From positions 115,382,001-115,446,000 of the forward strand of contig JBITNC010000001.1 in NCBI GenBank assembly GCA_050084985.1: a DNA stretch of 64,000 nt, written 5' to 3'. Below, one piece after another: positions 40,539-52,984 of this stretch; the stretch's first letter is position 1; each line of letters begins with the position of its first letter. This DNA comes from Nageia nagi. Taxonomy: Eukaryota; Plantae; Pinophyta. The notes under the pieces are model-generated. The model did no database searches. It saw only the letters and a list, made by a program, of their open reading frames with translations, and was not told where the DNA came from. Position numbers and translations under genes: made by a program.

Positions 40539-42939
40539 ATCACCCCCTTAATCTCCATGACAAAAGGAGATCATTTTCTTTGTTGGTAAAAAAATACAAA
40601 TATAAAGAAAAGAAAGTAAAAGGCATGTGCAGTATATACAAAGTCCAACCAATACCCTGTTCTAGTCAAGGTTTGCCAATAATCACCCCTTGAATGTCTA
40701 AGGTATGGAATCCAAGCTAGTTTCAAAGGTAGAAAAAATGATCCCTTGGAAATGGCTTTGTAAATATGTCTATAATTTAGGCATCAGTAGGACAATGGTG
40801 AAACTAGTTAAAGCCATCTTCATATAGATCTCTCATAAAGTGATGGTATATATCAATGTGCTTTGTCTTACTATGAAACATGAGATTCTTGGTCATGGTA
40901 ATTGTGCTAAGATTATCACATTGCATTGAAATGGAGAGCTCAATATCCATGCCTAAATATTCAAATAGATGGGAAATCCAAATGGCTTATGTACAAGTGG
41001 CAGAGGTAGCAATATACTTAGCTTCTGTTGATGAAAGTGCAATAGTGGATTGCTTCTTGCTACTCCATGAGATCAAAGATTCTCCAAAGAAGGATCCATA
41101 CCCTGATGTACTCTTCCATTGATCAAGACATTTGGCTCAATCAATATTTGTATAGGATTGCAAAATTATCTACTATGAGGATTTATACTAAAGCTCATAT
41201 TAACATGTGACACTCACATAGTGTAGGATCTACTTGGCTACAATCCATTGTGTCTTATGTGGTCAATGCATGAATCAAGCTACTATGCTGATAATAAACA
41301 TGATGTTCATCTTGGTAGTAGTGAGATACATAAGGCTACCTATTAATTACCAGTACATAATGGCATCAACATGTGGAGAGGAGTTATCCTTCAACAACTT
41401 GGCTCCAACAATAGTTGGTGTATCAACATGGCTATAATTTTACATATTAAAGTAGGCCTGGATATCTTCTACATATTTGGACTAAGTGATCAATATGATA
41501 CTGGAGGATTGCTTGACTTGTATGCCAAGAAAAAAATTCATCTCTCCAAGATCACTCATGTCAAATTCATTGATCGTAGCATTCTTAAATTGATCTATCG
41601 TAGCATAACAGGTGCTAGTAAAAATAATATCATCAACATACAAGCATAGAATAAAGAAGTTACTAACTTCAAATTTTGTGTACAATGTGCTTTCCACTAA
41701 GCATATTTGATAAATATTTTTTCGAAGGTAACCATCAATCTAGGCATACCATTCTTGGGGTGCTTATTTAATACCATAGAGAGCCTTTTTGAGCTTATAC
41801 ACCTTATCTTCTTGATCATGAATAATAAATCATTTAGGCTGCTTAACCTAAATAACCACCTTCAAATATCCATTAAGAAAATTATATTTTACATCTATCT
41901 GAGAGACTATTGATCCAAAATAAGAGGCAAGTGTAAGCAAAGACCTCATAGTTTCTAGCTGGGCCATCAGGGAAAAAGTCTCATCATAATCTAGCCCTTC
42001 CTTTTGAGCATATACTTTTGCAACTAGATGGGATTTATGCTTTTTAATACTTCCATTAGGATTATGCTTCAATTTATAACTCCACTTGACACCAATTACC
42101 TTCTTATCTTTGGGAGCAGGTACAAGCTTCCAGGTGTCATTCTTCTAGATTTGCTCATTCTCATCCTCCATGGATTTCTTCCAATTCTCATTGGCAACAA
42201 CTTTAGTATATGAGGAAGCCTCAACAAATGAAGATATTAATGCATAAGAGATATTTACCTCTTGATTTTTAGCTCTGGTTTATGATTGGGTCATTCTTTT
42301 ATTGAGCTCTTTATCCATCATCAATGATGGAAGATGATAGTGGTCACTTGTGCACTTATTTTTGGTTGATGGAGTATGGGTTGCAGGAGATTGGTTTGGC
42401 TATACCTATAATGGTGAGCTAGTGGCTAGTGAAGATGATGATAAAGGTTGAGGAGGAGGTGTAGTAGTGTGAGAAGGTTCACAATCTTCATAAAGTTGGA
42501 ATTTAACAATGGTGTCTTTAGCACCATTTTCTTTATTAGTTAGGCTCCCTTCTTCAAAAATTACATCTTTACCAATGTTAACCTTACCACTTAGTGTATC
42601 ATAACACCTATAGGCATCAGACACTTCAAAGTATTCTGCTAAAATACATTTGACAGATTTTTCATCAAGCTTCTTCTTATTTTCTTTTAACACATGCACA
42701 AAATATGTTGAGCCAAACATCTGAAGATGAAAAATATTTGGCTATACACCAAACCAAGCTTCATAAAGGGTGGTATCATTTAAAACTTTAGTGGGATACT
42801 TATTTAGAATATAAACAACACTATGTCTTGCTTCACCCCAAAAACTAGTTGGAAGGTCCTTTTCTTTCATCATACATCTAGCCATCTCTAAAACTATTTA
42901 GTTTTTCCTTTTAGCCACTCCATTCTCCTATGGAATATA

Positions 42940-43423
42940 TGATGCACGCGTTGCCGGGACCGTAACTTTTGATCCGGATGTCGTTTTGCTCTGAATTTTG
43001 GACTATGGCCTCGTGAAGATTTTCTAAATATGGAAGTTTGCTAGAACTGCCATACCCAAAAAATGATATTTTTAAGACCTGATTCATCCATCTAAGGTCC
43101 TACAAATAGGCTTTTTTAAGAGCACTTCCGATTTTTAGACTTTTTTGCATGTTGCAGCTTTAATAACTCTTGTTTTTCTTTTATTTAAGTTCTGGTATTT
43201 TAGATAATGCTTAATTAGTGTAAGAGGGATGCGCATGCAAATTTTGGGTGCAATCTGACTCATTTTGGTTTTTTAGCTTTTTTGTTGCTATTTAAAAGGA
43301 TTGTATTCTCTTGGAGAAGGTGGTGGATTCAGGAATAAGAAGAGTATTTGGTCCGGATTTCTTTTGTATATTTTGTGATTGGATTTCAATTTCTATTTTC
43401 CTTTTATAGCTGAATTCACATCA
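42940..43423 (+). repeat. 5' LTR of CRM element
   Basis: 484 bp, about 23 substitutions and no indels versus the 3' LTR (manual count). Confidence 0.97.
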
Positions 43424-43447
43424 TTTGGTATCAGATCCAAGGAGAAG

Positions 43448-46400
43448 ATGCCACCTAGGAGACAAGGTAGAGGTGTCGGTAGGGGCGTCGGTAGAGGCAT
43501 CAGTAGAGGAGTCGGTAGGGGTATCGATAGAGGTGTAGTTGATGCATATGCCCATATGAATTGGTAGATAGAGGACCTACATGCCGAAGTTGCCCAATTG
43601 ATTGGTGCAATTAATCGCATGGTGGGGAGGATACCCCATGTGTACCTGCATCCAGGATCTGATAGTGAGAGCCTGTTTGGGGAAGAGGACTCTAGCGTTG
43701 AGGAGGAAGGAGAACCGATACGTCCAGAAGAAGCTAAGAAAGGCTTTGAAAATTGATTAATCCAAGCCTTGGAAGGGCTAAAGGGAAATCAAGATGGGAT
43801 CAAGATTGAAGTTCCTGAGTATGCTGGTGGGTTGAAACCAGAGGAGTTGATTGATTGGGTTAATAGCCTAGAGAAGTATTTTGAATGGGGAAACCTTGCA
43901 GAGGATAAGAAGGTGAAGCTTGCATGCATGAAGTTGAAGGGACATGCATTGATCTGGTGGGATCATTTACAAAAATCTTGACAGCAGAAGGGAAAAGAGA
44001 AGATCAGAGCTTGGGCCAAGATGAAGAAAAAATTAGAAGGAAAGTTTATTCCTATAGACTATTCCCAGACCTTATTTTGAAGGTTCCAGAACCTTCGATA
44101 GAGAGACCAAAGAATCGAAGATTACACCAATGAGTTCTATAAATTATCCATTTGGGTAGAGCATAAGGAGACGGACCAACAGAGACCTGCAAGGTATGTG
44201 AATGGTCTAAGCTATTCTATTTAGGATGAGATAAGTATGCATCGTACTCTTACTATAGAGGATGCATATCAAATGGCTTTGAAGGCTGAGGATAAGCTTA
44301 CGAGATGTAACAGAGGGGGAAAGAAAGGGTCAACACCCTCTTCAAATAGAGGGCGAGGTGGATCTAACTTTGTAAGGGGTGAATCTTTGATGACTAGGAA
44401 AAAGGAGGATCAGGCAGGACAGAGCCAAGACACCCTCCAAAGAGGAAGAGGATATCCAAGAGGAAGAGGTAACGATGGAAGGATAAGAAGTGGATCGGGG
44501 AAACCATTCATCTATTACAGATGTGGAGAAGAAGGGCATAAAGCATCTGAATGTCCTCATTGATGCAGAGGAGAGGGGTCCAGCTAGGGTCGCATTAGTT
44601 GAAGAAGAAGAAGAGGAAGAGGCTGAGACTGAAGTTACTGTAGACACGGGTGAAACCCTCATGATAAGAAGGACCCTTGCTGTTCTTGAGAAAGTAAGCA
44701 TGCAAGAAGGGGATAAGGAGGACTCTTAGTTGTGTAATAACATTTTCCACACAAGATGCACTTCAGGAGGAAAGGTGTGTAACATGGTCATTGATGGAGG
44801 GAGTTGTGAAAATTTGGTCTCTGATGTTATGGTGGATAAGTTACAGTTAAAATGTGAGGCCCATCCAACCCCTTATCGTGTTTCCTGGATTAAGAAAAAA
44901 AATACAGTGATTGTTGATAAGAGGTGTTTAGTAAGCTTTTCCATTGGGAAGGCATACAAGGATATTGTATGGTGTGATGTGATTCCGATGGATGCATGTC
45001 ATATTCTGTTAGGAAGGCCATGGCAGTATGATAGAGATTCAGAACATAATGGGAAAAAAAATACTCATACATTTTGGAAGGATGGTGTAAAGATAGTTTT
45101 GGTACCCATGAAGGAGGAGGGGCCAAGTGAGAGCTTATTGGCAATAAAGGAGTTTCTTACAGAAATTAAGGGTGCTAGCTTCTGTTATGCCTTAATAGCA
45201 AAAAAGGTAGAAGAAGGGGAAGTAGTTATACCCACAGTAGTAGCTAAATTGCTACGAGAGTATGAGGACATCACACTAGAGGAGTTGCCAGATGGGTTAC
45301 CACCACAGAGGGATATCCAACATCACATGGACTTGATCCCAGGATCAGTTCTTCCAAATTAGGCAACCTATTGATTGAATCCCACGTAGAGTGCAGAGTT
45401 GAGTAGGCAAGTGACAGAGCTGATACAGAAGGGATTAATTCAGGAGAGTATGAGCCCATGTGCAACTCCAACCTTATTAACCCCAAAGAAAGATGGGTCA
45501 TGGTGGATGTGTGTAGACAGTAGAGCCATCAATAAGATCATAATAAAGTATCGATACCCAATCCCAAGGGTTGATGACATGATGGATGGATTAGCTGGTG
45601 CTCAATACTTCAGTAAAATTGATTTGCGAAGTGGCTACTACCAGATCAGAATTCGAGAAGGTGATGAATGGAAGACAGCTTTTAAGACAAATGATGGATT
45701 GTACGAGTGGATGGTGATGCCCTTTGGGTCATCTAATGCACCTAGTACATTCATGCGATTGATGAATAGAGTTCTACGAGAATATAATGGTAAGTTTGTA
45801 GTTGTGTATTTTGATGATATTTTGATTTATAGCAAAGGGGAGGAAGAGCATTTGTTCCACTTAAGATTGGTCTTAAATGTGCTCAGGAAGGAGAAGTTGT
45901 ATGTGAACCTGAAGAAATGCAGATTTCTTCAGAATAGTCTAGTATTTTTGGGGTTTGTAATCTTAAGAGATGGCATGTGAATGGATGATGAGAAAGTGAG
46001 GGTGCTTTTGGAATGGCCTACTCCACGAACTATGACAGAGGTGAGGAGCTTCCATGGGCTAGCTTCTTTTTATAGAAAGTTTATTAGGAACTTCAGTAGT
46101 ATAGCTACCCCAATAACTGAGTGCACAAAAGGAAAGGATTTTGTATGGACCAAGGCAGTAGGAGAGAGTTTTGAGATCCTGAAGAAGAAGGTGTTAGAAG
46201 CCCATGTTCTAGTGTTACCAGATTTCAACAAGGTATTTGAGGTTGATTGTGATGCATCTTTTGTTGGAATTGTGATGCTGAAGTTGAATGATGCCCGAAA
46301 AAACTATTCTACATATGATGTGGAGTTTTATGCGATTGTGCAAGCACTGCAGCATTGGAGGCACTACTTAATTTCAAAGGAGTTTGTGTTGTTTACTGAT

Positions 46401-48080
46401 CATGAAGCATTGAGGTATGTTAACTCTCAAAAAATGTTGAATGGTAGACATGCAAAGTGGGTTTCTTTTCTACAACAATATACATTTGTTTTGAAGCACA
46501 AGTCTGGTAAGCAAAATAAGGTTGCTGATGCATTGAGTAGGAGAGTCTTGTTACTGACCACTATGGAAAATCAGGTGGTGGGGTTTGAGTAAATCAAAGA
46601 GATGTATGATTCTGATGCAGATTTTGAGAATATTGTGCAGCAATGTAAGAACCTAGTAGAGGGTGAGTCTCATGTAAATTTTGATGAATATTTTCTTCAG
46701 AATGGTTACCTATTTAAAGGTAATCGATTGTGCATTCCCAATGGCTCTATGCGGGAGAACATCTTCAGGAAATTGCATAGTGGAGGTCTGGCTGGTCATT
46801 TTGGAGTAGCCAAAACTATGACTCTTATAGCAGAGAAGTATTATTGGCCAAAGATGAAGAGAGATGTGGTTTGATTTGTCTCTAGATGCAGGGTGTGCCA
46901 GACAGCTAAGGGCTATGCACAGAATACAGGGCTATACATGCCACTCTCGATTCCTACAGGCCCTTGGATCGATTTGAGCATGGATTTTGTGCTAGGGCTA
47001 CCCAAGACCCAACGAGGTAAGGATTCCATTTTTATTGTGGTGGATAGGTTTTCCAAAATGGCACATTTCCTTCCTTGTCAGAAAACTAATGATGCCACGA
47101 AGATTGCAGTCTTATTTTTTGATGAGGTTGTGTGGTTGCATGGTGTTCCTAAGACTATTACTTTTGATCGAGATTCTAAGTTCTTGGGCCATTTTTGGAG
47201 GACATTATGGAGGAAGTTGAATACCAAGCTACAGTTCAATAGTGCCTATCATCCATAGACCGATGGCCAAACTGAGGTGGTAAATAGAAGCTTGGGAAAT
47301 CTTTTACGATGCATAGTTGGGGATAAGCCAAAGCAGTGGGATCTAGCCTTATCGCAAGCTGAATTTGCATATAATAGCTCCATGAATCGGTCAACAGGTA
47401 AATCCCCTTTTCAAATAGTTTACGGTCAAAATCCTAGAGGTGTTTTGGATCTAGTTGAGCTACCAATGGGAGAATAAGTTAGTGATGAGGTAGAAGCCTT
47501 TGCTGAGCATATACATGAAGTGCAAGAATCAGTGAAAGCCAAATTACAAAATAGTAATGCTCAGTATAAAACAACTGTTGATGCACATAGGAGGGTGAAA
47601 GTGTTTACAGAAGGTGATTTGGTCATGGTACATCTTCAAAAGAAAAGATTTCCTAAAGGGACATATAACAAACTGAAGCTTAAGAAGATTGGACCCTGCA
47701 AGATTCTGAAGAAAATTAATGATAATGCTTATAGAGTTGAATTGCCTGATGATTTTGATATCTCCCCAGTTTTTAATGTTTTTGATTTATTTTAGTATTT
47801 TGGTAATCTGGAGGATGATGGCTTACAAGATACAGTGGATTGGGTTCAACAGATTCCCAAGAAGAAAAAAGATTATGTAGCCCGTATACTTGATAAGAGG
47901 GTTACCACTACACAGCATGGGAACTACAACAGATATTTGGTTCAATGGGAGGGACTACCACAATCATCTAATACTTGGGTTTCAGAGTCAGAGTTATAGA
48001 AGATTGATAACCAAAAGCTTCAGGAATTTCATTCAGTTGAACTCGCAGGAGCTGAGTTCTTTTTCACCAGAGGAGAATGA
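43448..48080 (+). pseudogene. CRM gag-pol polyprotein with multiple premature stops
   Basis: MPPRR start, IKIEVPEYAG/ALIWW gag, YRCGEEGHKASEC knuckle, VIDGGSCENL protease, [18 protein letters not shown]...NKVADALSRR RNase [24 protein letters not shown] integrase, RYLVQWEGLPQSSNTW chromodomain. Confidence 0.95.
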
Positions 48081-48561
48081 TGCACACGTTACCGTGGCCA
48101 TAACTTTTGATCCGGATGTTGTTTTGCTCTGAATTTTGGACTATGGCCTTGTGAAGATTTTCTAAATATGGAATTTCACTAGAACTTCCATACCCAAAAA
48201 ATGATATTTTTAAGACCTGATTCATCCATCTAAGGTCCTACAAATAGGCTTTTTTAAGAGCACTTCCGATTTTTAGGCTTTTTTGCATGTTATGACTTTA
48301 ATAACTCTTGTTTTTCTTTTATTTAAGTGCTGGTATTTTAGATAATGCTTAATTAGTGTAAGAGGGATACGCATGCAAATTTTGGGTGCAATCTGACTCA
48401 TTTTGGTTTTTTAGCTTTTTTGTTGCTATTTAAAAGGATTGTATTCTCTTGGAGAAGGTGGTGGATTCAGGAATAAGAAGAGTATTTGGTCCAGATTTCT
48501 TCTGTATATTCTGTGATTGGATTTCAATTTCTATTTTCCTTTTACAACTGAATTCACATCA
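48078..48561 (+). repeat. 3' LTR of CRM element
   Basis: 484 bp, preceded by the PPT and followed by the TSD. Confidence 0.97.
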
Positions 48562-50370
48562 ATATAGGTAGTTGTATATTTCCTAGCAATGCCATGCTGA
48601 TGGTAGAAGTTCTTGAATTCATTAGAAATGAATTCTCCTCCTCTATCAATTTTGAACTTTTTAATAAAATAGCAAGATTATTTTTCAATGAGAGATTTAA
48701 ATTTAACAAAACTCTCAAAAGAGCCAAACTTGTTTTGTAGTAAGTAAAGCCAACTCATCCTAGAAGAGTCATTTGTAAAGATAAGCATATATTTTGACTT
48801 ACTTTCTTGGATGGGAGTTTTCATTGGTCTACATAGGTATGCTTGCACTAACTAAAGAGGATACTTGGCCCTATATTAGTGCTTTAAAAATTTCACTCTA
48901 TGTTGCTTTCTTGCAATGCAACTTTCATAGACCTCATTGGGTGCATAGGAGAAGGTAGTAAGGCCTCTCACTAATTTGTGTAGACCATTTAATGAGTAAA
49001 AATTGAAATGAACAAATTTCCTATGCCATAACTAGGTAGAATCAATGGATGCTTTTAAATAACTTGCTGTAGGTATCATCTTGAGCATATACATCCTATT
49101 TTCAATCATATGGATGGTGGCTAGAAGTTGGTTAGTAGCTTCATCTACTATGGTGCACCTTTTCCTTTTAAAGGTGGTTATATATCCTTTTATACTAAGC
49201 TAATCAATACTTAATAGATTATGCTTAAGGTAGGAATAAAGAGAGTGTTCTACATATCTAATATCTTACCAACTTTAGTATTAAAGGTAATAGTCCCTCT
49301 ACCATGGATGTTGGCAATTTTATTATCACCAAACCTGAACTAGCCTATGATATTAGTGTCAATCATGACAAATAGGGCTTTATTTTTAGTTATGTGGTTA
49401 AAAATCTACTATCCAGGTACCATACATCTTCTTCTTTAGCCTAAAAAACTACTACAAGTGAGGAACATGTTGCTCTTGACCTGATCTTCAACATACTAAG
49501 CTTTGAGCTTGGGATTCTCCTTTTGTGGGACCATATTTTTTTCAAAAGTCACAACCTCTTCCATAGCCTCTTCTACCTCTACCTTGGCCTCTTCTACTCC
49601 TTCTTCCACATGATGATCCACATCTTCAATGATAGGATGAAGAAGAAAAACTAAGAGTTGATGAAGAGGTCTCTTGGCCCTTCATTTTCAACTTTTCTTA
49701 GAAAGCTTGGTCCAAAGACTCAACTTTGTCACTAATTTTTAATTCACAGGTAGTTAGACTACCTTACAACTCTATAACCATGAGTTGGGAAAGGTCCTCT
49801 ACTTCTTCAATGGCAGTGGTAATGGGATCAATCCTTCTAGGAAAGTTTCAGAGCACCTTTTCCATAATTCTAGTATCTCCCATGTCTTCACCATGTGATT
49901 GGAGGGCATTTACAAGATCTTGGATCTTATAAAAGAAGACACTTATATTCTCTTCCTCTCTCATAGGGAGAGATTCAAACTCCTTCCTTAACAATTGGAG
50001 CTTTGCCACATGAACTATGGTTGATCCTTTGTATGTGTTATTGAAGATCTCCCATGCCTCCTTAGAAGTGTTACACTCTACAATTTTGGGAAAGATGGAC
50101 ACATCTATCCTAGACTAGATGGGAAATAATGCCTTGACATCCTTCTTACAGTTCTTTGACACTTCTTTCTTCTCATTTGCAATCATGGCTGCAAGGGTGA
50201 CTTCATTTGAGTTGGTAAAACCTTGAGAGTCAAATATCCCTAGGTCTTGAGAAATAAGAAATATCCTCATCTGAATGCTCTAGTACTCATAATGGTCTCC
50301 ATTGAAAATGGGAATCTACAACTGTAGTGAATTTCCTATCTTTGAATCCATTTAACCCAATAAATCTTTT

Positions 50371-50382
50371 GCTTTGATACCA
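50371..50382 (-). promoter_or_regulatory. PBS, initiator tRNA-Met
   Basis: Minus strand TGGTATCAAAGC versus canonical TGGTATCAGAGC. Confidence 0.9.
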
Positions 50383-50384
50383 AT

Positions 50385-51294
50385 TTATGATTTTGAAGAA
50401 AAATAAATAATAATGTGTAGCTAGAATACAATAAAGCTGATCATAAGTAGAATAAATAGTGAGAAAAAATTGGAGACTATAAAAATTTTTATTTTAGAGA
50501 AGTGAAAAAATATTACCAAGTTCTCTACAAGTTAAACAACAAAATATAAACCTATTGTTATTTTTTTTTAATCCTAGACTGTCTATATTTATACTAAGAT
50601 AAAATATTATATGCATGCTACTAGGTCAAAAATAAAATTAAATATAGCATGGGCTCCATCCATGCATTTAATTATCTATTTTGTAGAAGGTAGAGGAAGC
50701 CCATGCCCTTTTATACCCTTCCTATCTGCATAATAGCTAAAAAATATTAAATGGTTGTATAAGGTTGATTAGTTTTCAACCATTCTTGTACATAAAATAA
50801 TGCCAATATTTGAAAATTAATGTCTTTGATTGACCATTTAATTCTAGGGTAGAAATATCTAAGAAAGACTTTTATAGAGTGTTAAACCAAGTTCTAGAGA
50901 AAGAAGGATGTCATTACATAGGAACAAAATGAATTATAAGAAGACCCAAGATCTGACACCTAAAATTAAGATGCTATCCACCCAAAATAGTGGGTGCAAA
51001 AAGTCTTGTATGTGAAAATAAGCAAAGCCCAAAGATAGAGTGTAGTAAGTCCTGTAGTGAAGGATATAATAGAGCTTAGAGAATAAATCCCTTGGGGAGA
51101 AGGAGATGATAGAACCTAGAGAATAAGTTTCAGGGGTGAAGGAGATGATGGAGCATAGACAAGAATGGAAAATAATTCACAGAGGTTGGAGATAGTAACA
51201 CCCAAAGCATAATGGAGACAAATTCTAGGGAGGAATGGAGATAAAGCCCAAAAGGAGACAACTCTCAGAGAAGGAATGTAGATTAATATTTTCA
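50385..51294 (-). repeat. 5' LTR of copia element (910 bp)
   Basis: Adjacent to the PBS. Aligns with 39625-40538 at roughly 75-80% identity by eye. Confidence 0.93.
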
Positions 51295-51483
51295 TATATT
51301 ATCATTATAAACATGTTCTTATCCTTTGGGAGGAGACATGTACTCTCAATTCTATAAGTGATAACTATTCTGAACTCTTCTTATGTCTTGTTAACTAATG
51401 TAAAGTGGGTGGGCATCAAAATACATTCAAAACCTTACCATCTACAAATATAGATTTCATGGTAATAGCCTAACATAAAATTT

Positions 51484-51555
51484 ATGTGGGTTATCTCAAT
51501 TTGTAGGATGATGTGGGTTCTCTTAATTTGCAATATGATGTAGGTTCTCCCAATT
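51484..51555. repeat. 27-bp minisatellite, ~2.7 copies
   Basis: ATGT(G/A)GGTT.TC..AATT at 51484, 51511 and 51538. Confidence 0.75.
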
Positions 51556-52854
51556 ACCATGATAGAAAGCTTGTGAGATTTGGCCAAATCTCCCTAAGCT
51601 AGGCACCACTAGCACTTAATCCAAGGGATGTAGTATTCATAAACACTTTGGATATTTATATTTTCATTTCTTAGCCTTTTGTATATCTTAGTAGGCTAAA
51701 TGTTTTGTGTTGTGGCATCCACTGTTATACATATCCTCGTACATCACATATGCACCATTATAGGATGCACACAACACAAAAGCTATTTAACTTTGACTAC
51801 TTGAATAGACCCTATGCATTGACTTTTATAATAGTTTGAGCTCATCTTTTTGGTGCCAAATTGAGATAGATTTTGTAATCTCACAAGTTTCCATGATAGA
51901 AATGATGTCTTGTAGGTCCAAGTAAGTGAATCCAATTTGAAACTTCTAAAGCTGTATAGTAATTTCTTTTCATTTTGAAATTACTTTTTAAACTGCTTAA
52001 CCAGTCATGGTTTTTTCATGGTTATGAATAGCAAATGTCAAAACTAATTGAGTTGGGAACTTTGTTCACTAAATCCATCATGTCATTTTGATGAGGAGAC
52101 CTCTGATAGTGATCCATCACCTTCTTTTATTCTTACATAAATTATTGTTTGGGGATGGTTATATATTATAATATTTGACTTATTTATTTTATGTGTAATG
52201 CTATATTTCATGAAATAATGTATTATATTATTATTTTTTTCTAAAGTAATATATATTTACACTTTTCATCAAGCTAATCACTTTACTTGCATTTAAAGTT
52301 TTTATAGAATACATGAATACAAATAGATGGGTTTTTTTTATAACATGTTGATTTATATTAAGAATTTAAATGCTTTAATAATGTTTAGTTGAGTTTGTTT
52401 GTAAGGTTTTATATGAAAGTTATTATAGATTTACTCTTCTATAATATTTAGAATTGATTTTAAATGGAAAATTTTAAATGAAATTAAGTAAATTATGAAA
52501 AATACTTTTTACATGTAGATTTTATTAATAAGTGGGAATCTTCATAAGAATTACAATAAATGATTTCAATTTTCTATCAACATTAAGATTAAAGGCAAAA
52601 AAGAATAAGTGATTATCATCAATAAATCTATTATCTACTATTAGGAGTACTATATGAAACCAACTCTTTAAAAAGAGTAAGTGAATATTTGAGTGTACAA
52701 GTGTATGAATATGATTAATGTTTTACTAGTTAAAAGAATAGGTATGGAAAAAAATTTCCAATTCCTTGCAAATAATAAGCAAGTGTAGTTGCAAATGTCC
52801 AACCCACTAATGGTTAATACCTCTAACTATAAATATATAAAATTATTTCCTTAT

Positions 52855-52984
52855 GTTAATAAGGTAGATAAAACAAGAATGGAATTTATTCTTCCAAAGA
52901 ACTAAGGCCTATTAGGTTAAGGAGGTATAAGTTCATGGAGTACAAAATATCAAAATCCTAATAGCCTATATCTACCTTATTAAC
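52855..52984. repeat. Inverted repeat with perfect 16-bp outer arms and an inner 8-bp stem
   Basis: GTTAATAAGGTAGATA (52855-52870) and TATCTACCTTATTAAC (52969-52984); inner CTATTAGG/CCTAATAG. Confidence 0.8.

Larger units (their letters stand above)
42940..48561 (+). mobile_element. Full-length Ty3/gypsy chromovirus, CRM clade, with chromodomain; TSD ATATA; inactivated by point stops
   Basis: 484-bp LTRs with TGATG...CATCA termini; ATATA at 42935-42939 and 48562-48566; PBS TGGTATCAGA (43426-43435); PPT AGAGGAGAA (48069-48077); complete gag-PR-RT-RH-INT-chromodomain order. Confidence 0.97.
39625..51294 (-). mobile_element. Full-length decayed Ty1/copia element (Ivana-like gag), TSD TATAT, interrupted by the nested CRM element
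   Basis: Paired LTRs 39625-40538 and 50385-51294; TATAT at 39620-39624 and 51295-51299; PBS 50371-50382; PPT ~40540-40551. Gag from ATG 50351 (IPIFNGDHYEY; FPKIVECNTSKEAWEIF), protease WYLDS (~49415), integrase split at 42939/48562, RT (LVAKVYAQKEGLDYDETFS; LYVDD ~41640), RNase H (~41130-40750). The lineage call is from motif resemblance only. Confidence 0.96.

Noticed and set aside
44342-45501. Antisense ORFs within the CRM element
   Set aside because: Shadow frames of gag-pol.
51300-52150. Cys-containing coding-like minus-strand sequence, possibly a transposase remnant targeted by the copia
   Set aside because: No diagnostic motif could be read.
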